A stretch of 64,000 nt of DNA from Azolla caroliniana (Eukaryota > Plantae > Polypodiophyta): positions 2,294,001 through 2,358,000 of the forward strand of contig JBHGNT010000018.1 of assembly GCA_043228905.1 (NCBI GenBank), read 5' to 3'. Under the pieces are notes generated by a model. It saw nothing but the letters and a program-made list of their open reading frames with translations, was not told the origin of the DNA and ran no database searches. The translations under genes and the position numbers were made by a program. Positions 48,591-59,609 of the stretch are shown in pieces (position 1 is the first letter of the stretch; the number at the start of each line of letters is the position of its first letter).

Positions 48591-51500
48591 CCATATAATA
48601 TCCTGTGGTGAGAATTTACCGTAGTATTCTATACACGTGGATAAGTGTGAGGGTTAAACGAGAGTGTAGAGAAGGGGAGGATTACTTTTAAATCCTCAGG
48701 ATTGAGACAACCCATTAGGCCAAGTGTGAACATGGTTGGGGGCCTTGGGTATTGCTATAAATAAGAGGCCTAGCTACCCTCATTTGACTATCTTGTTGAC
48801 TACGTCGAGACTCTGTCTTGTGGTGGGTCAACTCTTGTAACGAGCGCGCCAACACCAGGTACGACTCGACGCCACGGCGGTGGTATGGGACGCCGATCGA
48901 GGCTCAAGTCTGTCTCAATCCCTTCGCTCGGGGGTGGTCAGGTGGATCGGCACCCTTCTTTCTCTCTCTCCTTTCTTTCTATCTACCTATATCTATCCTT
49001 ATCTAATGCTTACTTTAGTACATGTCTCTAATAGTACAGGTCATTTTGCCTATAGTACGTCTATGGGGTTTTTCTGGGGTGTCCGGACTAAAAATCCCCT
49101 CGGTTTTCGCCCCCGAGGGTCTCACGGTTACGCTCATGGTTCGGTCGCACCGTCAGGAATTGGACCGAATGACGCCCATCCTAACTCTTGACTCGCGCAT
49201 ATGCCGAACCGTTGTCCAGCACCTTTGTCTCCATGCGCGCCGCCGTGATGTACGGTTCTCCGAGTATCACCGGATTCAAGGACGTCTCCTGCACGAAGAA
49301 GTGTTGATCGATCTCAACATCGCCGATTTTCACTCGTACATTCGGGCAAGCTCCGTGTAGCTCCTCCGTGGCGCGCGTTGCTGCCCGTATCTTCCACCCG
49401 TGCTTGGTGTTGATCGGCCACTTTCCCTTCTTGTAGAAGTCCATGGACATCAAGTTGATCTCCGAACCGTGGTCTACCAATGCCACCACCAGCTCCTGGA
49501 CGTCCCCGATCCGAACAGGGGTTTCCATAGTGGACCTAGCCCAATGTAGCCTCGAGTAGTGGCTTTCCGCCAATTCGTCCTCCAGGGCCATGTCTTCTAG
49601 GTGCGTCGTTCACACCTCCACCGGCTTCTCTGGCTCCGACTCCGTCAATAGCCTTTTCTGCTTCACCAAGTCTACGATGGAGTCGTGGAACTCCTTCGTG
49701 GTGATACGGAGCACTTCCCTCAGCGACAGCTCCACTTTGTTGTCGAGGATCCGTTCCTCCAGGACCTTTCGTAGGTCCGTGGTCCTTCCGATCTCTGTGC
49801 TCAACCGATAACCGGCCTTCTTGGCCTTGTCCGGTGCGCCGGATACACCGACATCATTCTGCTTCGGCCGAACCGGGTCTCATACCGTTGTGAAGACCGG
49901 TCTTTCCCGCGCGCTTGTCTTCCACTAAAACCTCGTAGTTTTGGCACGCGGCTTCCACGAAACCCGTCTTCTCTTCGATCGGGTCACTCCACCCGGTTAC
50001 CTCCCGGACCCGTCTTTCCGCGCAGTCCGCTTCCTCTTTCCTTAGCCGTACGCCGGCTAGGCCTTCCAACATCAACGGCCAGAACCCGGAGTCCTTCGTT
50101 TTCCGCACTTCATCACTTCCGACCCGGATTCCAACCGACGCCGAGTAGTGGACGGTCTCTGCGTGGCGAGCCGCCACTTCTTCCATCAGTCGTTTCATAC
50201 CCCCTCGTCCGACATTCAGATGCATGGCCCTTTGGGTCTCGCTAGCATGCACTCGACCGCATTAGCTCTTATCGCTTCGGCGAAGTCCCCGTAGTCTTTT
50301 CGGGCGTGGCCGACCACAAGCACCACAAGCACCGGTTCCCAGCCGAAGGCCTTCGGTCACGGACTTGTTCGCCACCGGCCCTCCGTGCTTGTGCAATCTA
50401 GAGGTCCCTCACCGTCTGAGTCAGCTCCTCTAGAGCCACTCCTCCAGACGAGCCTTTGACCATGCCGGTCGAAGTCGAGGCGGTCTCGAGGCGGTCTCGG
50501 GCCTCTTCCCTTTGCGCCAGTGGGGGTACCTCGACCTTCCTTGTTGCTACAGAACCCGCCCCCGTCAAGCCTTTATCGAACCACTCATGCCGTTTGTCAA
50601 AACGGCCTCAGACTCTCTTTACCATGGCCCAGTCGGTTGTTAGGCCATCATCAGTTTCCAGCAAGAAGCCCACTTGCTCCCGGTCCCTTGCGTCCACCGA
50701 TTTAATGAACAATAGGACACGACTCGTGTCCAGTACGGTCCGGTCCAACGCCGAAAGTCGTGTGAAATGCTCTTCAAACTCCCGAAGGAGCACCGACGTG
50801 TTTCTCCCCTTTTCAGGGGTCTCCACCCATTCCATGAAGTCCCGTTTCGACAGCCGAAGCATGTCATCAAGCCTGTATTTTTCAAGGAGCCGACCTTCAA
50901 ACTCTTCCCAGGTCCGACTCTCAGCCCGTACCTCAAGCACCTCCACGTGGATGCCCGGCATCGCCACCCGAGGGAATCCGGCCAGTCGCTTGTCCACCGG
51001 GATGTCCCTCATCACCATTTCGGCTCGGTAAGCCTCCAAATAGCTCGTAGTGTCCTTCCCACCGAAACGGCCTATCGTGCCGACGACTACTTTGATAGCC
51101 CTATCGAGGGCGCATGTGCCTTCGCGCGCACTCACTATCTGATCCACGGCCGAAGCCATGGCTTTTGCAAGATCCAGCCCTCTCATCTTTCTTTTCCTCT
51201 GCCGCCTGTTCACGTTGGGTTCACCAAATATGTCGCATTGTTACGCGCGTGCGTGGAGAACGAGGCGGGACCACGGGGGCCTTGGACCGAGAAATAACCG
51301 AATGAGAAGAGGGGAAGGAAACTACCAATGTACTTCACACGCGCACAGAGACACAGATTCACAGGAGTTGAACAATGGAGACAGAACGAATGTATATGTA
51401 TATATAAACCAAGGAGTTACAACCGGCAAGCCGGTGAGTGATAGGCTCCGACACCTGCACACACACACACCCACACACACAGAATGCGAGATGGAGAACA

Positions 51501-52431
51501 CACAGAACGCGAGATGGAGACTCTGTCGGAAGCACTCGGGCGTTCCGCAGAGCAAAGTCAGCCTCCCGAAAACCTGCACATAACGACTATGGAGAAGACA
51601 GAGGAGAAGAGCTCAGTTCCAGTCCGGCAGCACTTCGTCCTCCACAAAATGCGATAATTTTTACAATACCTCTCCCTCTCTTTTATAGCCCAAGGAGGGA
51701 GGCCGTTACCACCAGTTACATCATGTTTATTCCCTGTCCTTTCGGACAAGGATACGCCTCGATTTTCTCCCTAATGAATGCGTGCTACCTAGCATTTCAC
51801 CTCAACCAACTTGTACCTACCTACGTACTATACGACAAAACTTGTACCCATGTGTAAGGGCCAGTTTACACACGTTATACCCGGTTTCCGCCTAGGGACG
51901 GTTTTCTCCATGACACCGCGGTGGACTGGAGAGATGAAATGAGCCAGGAGGAGCTGTTAGCGACACGAATCCAACAGCTCGAGCGAAGACCGGAGGACAT
52001 GGAATGAGCAACGGCGAAGCTGCGTGCAGCAAGGACAAAGAACAAGGGGCGATTCGACCAGACTCACGGACTATGACCAAGGAAAATCGAGGAAGGCAAC
52101 TGGGTTCTAATCTACGACAGCAGCCTCGACAACTAGCACAAGGCAATGCGGAAGTTTGCGAGGAGGTGGTTCGGGCCTTACGCGGTGACAAGCGCCAACG
52201 ACAACGGCACCTACCATCTCGTGGAGCTCGACGGAACGAGAATAGTTATGCTAGTGGTTGGGAAGAGGATCAAGGCATTCAAGAAGCGGCATGAGGCCGA
52301 ACCGGACCCAGAGGGCATGGGTAGCGACGATGACCGGTTCATAGTGGGTAGCAAACCAGAGAGCGAAAGATAATCACAGGTCGGTCTACTCCGGTAGAAG
52401 TCTGTTCTGGCGCATACCAGAGGATGCGCGG

Positions 52432-53070
52432 TGTCGTGAAGAAAACCGGCCCTAAGATGAATCAAAGGATTAAAGGCGTGAACCCGCCTTTGCACGAGTG
52501 TGCGCGAATTGATATATTGTACATAACTAGGAATAGGACGGATGGTGTAAACATACTAGGTGTTAGATATTTACTAATTAGGAAATCAACGCGTATCTCT
52601 ATCCGAAGGGACAAAGAATAAAGTTAGCATGTTTTGATGTAATGGCCTCCTCGGCGACCTATAAAAAGGGAAGGAGAGGAGGAAAGGGAAAGAGGTTTTC
52701 GGGGGGAGAAAAAAGAGGTGTTGTCGGACTGGGAACTGAGCTCTCTCTCTCTTCCTCTATCATCATCATTCTCTGCAGGGTTGCCATCATTGTAATTGTC
52801 ACTATTATTATAATCGAATCTCTTGTTTCCATCTACCTGTGTTATCTAAGTTTCTGGGAGTGTCTTCTTTCACGTCCCTCGAGTGTGCTCCTTGATTAAG
52901 TCGGTATACGCGTTGGTGGTTCAATCATCGGGGAAGTGCCACCAATTGTTGACAGGCCTAGCAGGTCTTGCACTTGCGTGCTTCTCACTTCCTCTTGTAT
53001 CACCTGCTCCTCGGTTCAGGGCCCCCGTGGTCCCGCCTTATTTCACACATGAAAGTGTAACAACACGACA
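52432..53070 (+). repeat. Isolated Trp-family LTR flanked by gcgg on both sides
   Basis: TGTCGTGAAGAAAACC...AACACGACA. Confidence 0.85.
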
Positions 53071-54213
53071 GCGGATTCGACAGCTTGAACGAAGATCGGG
53101 GGACGTAGAGCGAGCAAGGGAGAAGTTGCGCACAACACGGGAAAGGAACAAGGGTTGTTTCAACCGGACACACCAGCTCCGGCCGAAGAAGATTGAAGAA
53201 GGCGATTGGGTGCTGGTATACAACAATAGCCTCAACAATCAGCACAAAGCAGTGCGAAAATTTGCAAAGAGATGGTTCGGGCCCTACGCCGTGACGAGTG
53301 CTAACGACAATGGCACGTACCATCTTGCGGAACTTGATGGGACGCGGATAGTTGTGCCAGTAGTAGGGAAGAGGATCAAAGTATTTAAGAAGTGGCACGA
53401 GGACGAACTGGACCCGACAGGCCCGGACGATGGTGACGGCTGCACCAGCGCGGACAGCGACTCGGAGAATGAAGGGTGATTACGGGCCGGTCTTCTCCAG
53501 CAATTGTTCTATCTGGCACGTACCAGAGGACGTGCGGTTTGGTGGGGGTGGATGTCGTGGAGAAAACCACCCGTAGGAGGAATTAGGGAAATATGCGCAA
53601 GAATTGGCCCTTACGTGTGGGCACGCTATTTAATTACTTGTACATACTTAGGAGCAATTTGGTTGATGTGAAGATACTAGGTAGTACCCATTTATTGTTT
53701 AGGAAATTGTAGTGTATCTTTGTCTGAGGTGACAAGGAATAAACATGATGTAACCAGGGTATAACGGTCTGTCCCCGGAGGCCTATAAAAGGGAGTGGAG
53801 AAGGCTGAAAGGGGATCGCTTTTTGTCGAGGACTAAGTGTTGTCAGACTAGAACCGAGCTCTTCTCCTCTGTCTTTCATCGTTTTCTGCAAGGTTTGGGA
53901 GGCTGCCTCTGTTTCGTGGAAAGCCCGAGTGCTTCCGGTAGAGGCTCCATCTCTTGTTGTGTGCGTTGTGTGCGTTGTGTGAGTTGGTGTCAGCGAGTTG
54001 GCGCTTGCCGGCCAGCCGTCTGTAATCTTGATTATATATATATATACATTTGCCTCACATGTTGTTCGACCTTGTTGTGAGTTCTTTGTGTATATGTGTG
54101 TGCGCGGCTCGGTCGTGGGTTCGTGGTGCTCCTCCTTCTGTTCGGTAATTCCCCGGTTCAGGACCCCCACGGTTCCGCCTTGGTTTCTCCTGCGCGTGCA
54201 GAATAACACAACG
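53071..54213 (+). mobile_element. Integrase tail, pre-PPT hairpin, PPT and 3' LTR (53553-~54213) of another Trp-family copy
   Basis: RIRQLERR...RWFGPY...ELDG; gcacgt-accagagg-acgtgc. The LTR is related to 21444-22070. The exact right end is ambiguous (54210-54216). Confidence 0.83.
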
Positions 54214-55411
54214 GCATAATCACATATGGTGCGATGACAAGAAGGCAAGATAAATGCGACATTGTCGCGAAAATAATTTTATTTGTAAAACAACCACTTA
54301 TAATATTTATTTGCCAAAAGTTACTTGGCAAGACTTGAACTCACAAACTAAATTTGAGAAGAAGCATTTGAGGTAGACCACTTCAATCTCTTTGGTTTCT
54401 ATTTATTCGTGTTTCTCTTTCACTTTATATATACTAAATTTACATTACAAAATTTGATTACCAAAACAAATTGTTCTAAGGGGATTCAAACTCATGACCT
54501 TTTGTTTCTAAGAGACATCTAAGATACACCACTTCAACTTCTTCCTTATCTTGCATTTCTTTTCTTTTCTTTAACTCTTGTCTTGATTTATGCAGGCCAC
54601 CATCTTCTTTGCCGAGCTTTGCATCCTACACCCACGCGAGCTTCTTCACTCGCCTTTCCTTCCTCTTCTTCTCCTTCTTCCCCCTTCTTTTTAGCCACCA
54701 TGGGCATGGCTTATATAGACTGGTCAACTGCCCTACCACCCTCTTGAGGTGGTTGAGAAACCGCCTCATGTAGGGGGTTGGTTGGTTTTTTTTTTTTTTA
54801 CTATTATTTTATTTATTGATTCTACAAATTCGATTTTGTAGTTATACATTTAAGAAATTATAGAAATAGCCCTCATTTAATTTTGACTCCCCCTTTTGAC
54901 ATAATTATATTTGTGTCCCAAGTAACATTAATCCTTCCGAAGCTTGTATCTTGGGCAATTCACAAACCGAAAATTTGCACATGCTCCTCGTCACAAGCTC
55001 CTAATATAGGAAATTTCTTTCTATAGATTTTTGACATTGTTTTGACATCGTGAAGCAATAACTTTACAACAATGACATGTCTATGCATTGTAAGAATTTA
55101 TATGAGTTATCTCTTGCCGAAAAGATGAAGTGTTATGGTTCTCTTTCACATATGTCTGTTAAGTGTTTAGATTGCACCACGATCGATCACGAAGAAGAGT
55201 GCATCAACAAAGACGTAGTACGACTAAAGAAACTATGAAGAAGAAACGGCAAGAGCTAATGGGTAGCCAAGTGTGAAAGACGCAAACCCTAAATGAAAAT
55301 ACTATGTAAACCACCATTGTGGTGGCTTTGTAGTGGTTCTTCCATTTGTAAAGTTCTTCCTATTGAGTAAGAGCTAGAGCTTCCTATCCTCCTTCTTGTA
55401 TCCCTTAAGCT

Positions 55412-57629
55412 TGTTACCGGCCGGCAAAGGAGTCCAGAGTGGGAAATGGAGAGTTATTTAAGTAGTAGGAATGTGGTTGTAATTAAGCTATGAGTGTGGA
55501 CGGACGGACCAGAATCGGTATGCCGTTCCGGATCCGGACCGATCCCGAACAGGTGCGGATGGCACCGTTTTGTAATACAGACCGGAAACCTATTTAAAGG
55601 CCCGGATACAATGTAATGAATAGCGGTTAATTAATAAAAGCTTAGCGTTGTTATCTCTCTGTGTAATTGTCGTTCTGTCTTAATTGTTATATCTTACTCG
55701 TGTGATTATGAAAGACGATCATGCTCAGTAACTTAATTAAGTCGGATTAAGCGTTGAGTCTAATCTGGTTGCCGTAACACCCTTTGGTGAAGTGTCTTCC
55801 GTAGACACCCTGTGTTAGGCCATTGTCCGGCCCTAAGAGTTAACACACCTTTTGGCAACCACTAAGGTGACCCCCCTTTGGAGACGAAGTTAAAGATTAA
55901 TACGTGGCAGAGACAACAACGACGAAATGTCCGATAATGGTAAAGATGATGTGCAAGAAATCAAATCAATGATGTGTTGCAAATGGTGGTCACGAGATAC
56001 TAAACGAAGCCGAGGAATGAGAAATGGTGTTGACGATTTGCGTGTAGTTGATCGCAAAAGAAAGACGAACAAAAGTTTATGATCTATGGGTTAGCAATGG
56101 AAGTGCAAAGGAGAGAGAGACCCAACCATCACAAACCGTATCTTCCAAAGATGAGAGTGCATTTCTATCCACATATGTCCGGTCAGACATGGCCAGAAAG
56201 ACAAACGACCGGAGGGCCGAATGATGACCAAAACCAAACGGGCATGGATGGGCTGGATAGAGACAACGCTTGAATGAAGCATCGATGGTTGGACGAGATT
56301 CGACAGACATGAATTGGACAAACGACCAGAGACTCGTTAGACAGGGCCCACAAAGATGGAACAAAGATGGAGAAGGCAATGAAGAAAGTGAAAGAAATGC
56401 CAAAAACAACTGACGAAAACATAAGGACAAAGGCCGGAATGGCTGGATAGTGGGCAAGAGTGGCCGGAGTGACCGAATAGCAGCCGAAGTGACCGGAGTG
56501 GATGGACAACAGTCCGAGCGGCCAAAGTGGCTGGACAACAGTTGGAGCGGTCGGATAGGCCGAGAGTGGCTGGACAGGAGTCGGAGAGCCGAAACGACCG
56601 GAGAGCGGCCGGACAGGACGGCAGTCGAACATCATCTGTATGGTGACGACCTAATAAAGCAGCCGGAGCAGCCGGGTTGGGGTGGCCAGACAACCAACGG
56701 CCAGAGCGGTGGCCGAATAGCGACGACCGGATGCCACGTACAAAGATAGTGGCGTCGGCCTTACAATAGTCTGATAGTGGCAGTAACCGAATTGCGGCTA
56801 GAGCAGCGGTCGGACAGAGACACGCCGAACAGACAGAGGAACTGGGTACCGGACGGACAGGCGCCGAGTAGCGACAGCGGAACAATGATACAGAGACGGA
56901 GACGACGAAAACAAACACAACGGACAAACGGACATAAATCTTCTCATCACCACGCCATCGCCACCGTCAACACACAAGCACAGAAGATGATCACGATGAA
57001 TATCAGGAAGACGGCAGAGGAGGACGAGGAAGAGAAAGAGACAAGGACAAAAGCGAAGGTTGAGATAGACAAGCACTACTAGAAAAGGATTAGGAAGAGG
57101 AGATGAAGAAAGAACAAGAAAATGCAGAAAATAAGAAGAAACAGAGACGGGAGAAAGAACGATAAGAAGAAGAGACAAGGAAAACAACCTAAAGAAAAAC
57201 AGAAAACAATAAGAGGAAGAAGAGAGGGAAAAAGAAAAAGAAAACATAGGGGCATGTGAAGAATTTCGGAAACATGAGTGTACATCAACAAATTTCATAA
57301 ACATAAGGGTACAATATAAAATTTTAAAAACAAGAGGGCACCACTAGAATTTTGAAAATCCCCAAGACTACTCACACACACTCAAAACAAAGGAAGAACA
57401 CACATACATACGACATGATTTTGGACCCATGACGAAGTTCGTAAGCCGACAGAACGAGAATGTTTTTGTCGCGGACGATTTGCTGACCGACAAAGATGTT
57501 CGAGTCAAGCCTTCCGATCGAGGGAGTTGATCATTGAAAGGACCGATGGAAGTTCTGGTCGAAGAAATATCATCATCAAGGCATGTGGGATTGACGTGCA
57601 AGGCACTTTCCCACGGGCGTGCCATATTG
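55412..57629 (+). mobile_element. Probable unclassified LTR (55412-55779) with degenerate non-coding internal region
   Basis: TGTTAC...GTAACA termini, internal tatttaaa, followed by ccctttggtg (PBS-like). GGCC/GGAC-rich short repeats at ~56420-56760 and a purine tract at ~57000-57250. Confidence 0.5.
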
Positions 57630-59609
57630 TGTTACCCCGTACGAGATGTACGGAGAGTCAATGTGATGAGAGAGGGTCAAATGTTATCATGATGATTGTT
57701 GTGTGTGTGTAGGGGGCATAAATGTAATTGTGAGTCGATATGTATGTGAATACATGCACACGTGTGTGCATGTGGATGGATACGAGGAGGTGTGAGTGAG
57801 TGTCCAGTATGAATGCTCTTGGGGGCTTACACCCCTTTGTATCTACCCCCTCTTGTACTATTTAACCCCTTATGGGGAATGAATGAAGGGAGGATCATTT
57901 TTCTCTCTCAATCTCTCTCTCTCTTGTCATCTCTCTTTCTCTCTCTCTCCCCCTCAACGTTGAATCCCCTTGGGAGGGGGGTGGAGCCATTCAGCAGAGG
58001 AAGAGCGACCTCCGACACCAGAAGTCGAAGAGGAGAGGCCTCCATCACCAAAAGAAGAGGAAAAACCACCGACGCCGGAAACAAATCGGGAAAGACCACC
58101 GACGCCGGAGAAAATTCCGGAACGAGCACCAACACTACCTGCCCGCGCACCGATACCGGACGACGACATACCATTCCAGTACTCCAAGTATAGAGATGAT
58201 CCAGACGCGGAAGCTCATGTGCACGCCTTTGAACAGACATGGGAAGCCAACCATGTGTCCCAGCGATTGACCCCGGATGAAGAAGAACGCTCTAAGATAG
58301 CGGAATTTGGCGTCACATTGGAGGGACCGGCAGCAAGATGGCGCCGGACGCAGGACCCGTCTACCATCAACACCTTTGCAGATTTAAAATCTAAATTCTT
58401 GCATTTTTTCCAAAAGGAGGTGGACCAGACCGTAATGGTAGGCTTATTTTATACCATCCGACAGGAGGCAGGGGAGAGCATTCCCCAATTTGTCATCCGG
58501 TTTCAACGGATGCATAGTCAGCTTGCCCGCGCACCCCCGGGGGAGGAATTACGGACTATATTCCTAAACGCGCTCCGGGAACCCCTACGCACGGTTTGCA
58601 CAGTAATTGACTTCCGCACAAGTACCATCAACCAGGTCATTGACCGGGTGAGAGAGACGGAAAAGACAAGCTCCTGGCTCACACTGGGAGCACTCCAACG
58701 GGCGTTACCGTCCGATGAAGACCTCCAGTTTCGACAAGCAATACAGTGCACAACCTGCTTGAATTCCAGACACTCGGCTCTAGAATGCACTATGAGGACG
58801 CAATGTGTAATCTGTCAATCCAAGAGCCATACGACAGATAGGTGCGAGTATAATCTATTGAACCGGCAAGCACCGCCTGTCCGACAAATTGAGCCACGCA
58901 GCAGCCAGGATGAAGAAGAGGAACGCTGGCGGCGAATGGACCGCAACCGACCGGCACAGGATGTCCGGTATGGCGATCAACGGGAGAATGATGTCTGGTA
59001 CGGTGATCGACGGGATAACTATGACCGGCATGATCGGTACCGGGATTACAATAGACGATACGAACATTACGACAGGGAGCACTCCCCCGGGTATCGTCAA
59101 CAACGGGAGGAATACGGCAGATATAACAGGCAACCCCGTCAAGAGTACCGCAATAAGAAGAGCTATAACAAAAAACGGCAGTTTAAAAAAGGCGGCTACC
59201 CACGGGATCCGGAACAAGGAGCTCCAAGCAGCCTACCGGTCCAAAACCCCGCGTACCGCAGGACCTGCCCCGGGTACAACAGACAATGCCGAATCCAACA
59301 ATACCCGGAAAGCCTACTGCTACTACTACCGACAGGAAGGCCATTATAGTAACCAATGCCCGGTGAAGAGCTATGAAAAACGATCGGCGGTAAATATGGT
59401 AGTCCTTGAGGTGGCAAATCTGCAGCAGGTGACCACAAGGTCGAAGGGCATGGCCAAGGAATGGGAGACGCAGGAGACCATCCGGAAACAAGCAACGGAA
59501 TGGGTAAAGAAAGCAAACGAGCAGAATGTCACAGACTTACAGCGGCAAAAGGAGAACACCGTAGGGCTTGCCGGTGGTAGTCACTTCGAGAACGAGACAT
59601 GGCAGGTGT

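Larger units (their letters stand above)
31286..49033 (+). mobile_element. Chromovirus-type Ty3/gypsy E5; 457-bp LTRs 31286-31742 and 48577-49033; PR-RT deleted
   Basis: LTR pair with ~13 differences. Met-type PBS tggtatccaagcc at 31745, PPT aaagagggggag before 48577. Flanks ctaca/gtaca (imperfect TSD). Confidence 0.92.
27151..51915 (-). mobile_element. Ty3/gypsy E4 (Trp family), both LTRs present (27151-27838, 51231-51915); 4-bp TSD ccgt/ccgc
   Basis: Paired LTRs (roughly mid-90s % identity by eye). PBS 51209-51226. gag/PR 51186-49088; pol 31285-27913 with FLDD, RH and IN. Confidence 0.92.
21444..52431 (+). mobile_element. Ty3/gypsy E3 (Trp family), heavily degenerate; LTR 21444-22070, PBS 22077-22094, coding 22118-27150 and 51920-52373
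   Basis: Gag GRFDGKDA, PR LIDHGSEINLM, RT PFLDD, RH VDTSPTG. Integrase TISSWT|AVDWRDEM is split by E4. A 132-bp tandem duplication lies at ~26706-26969. Confidence 0.88.

Noticed and set aside
21440-54214. acgg...acgg TSD making 21444-54210 one element
   Set aside because: The two LTRs are clearly diverged, the right terminus is ambiguous, and the LINE host does not resume after it.
54256-54268. Palindrome gcgacattgtcgc as an LTR-LTR circle junction
   Set aside because: Too short, and the flanks do not resemble the family LTRs.
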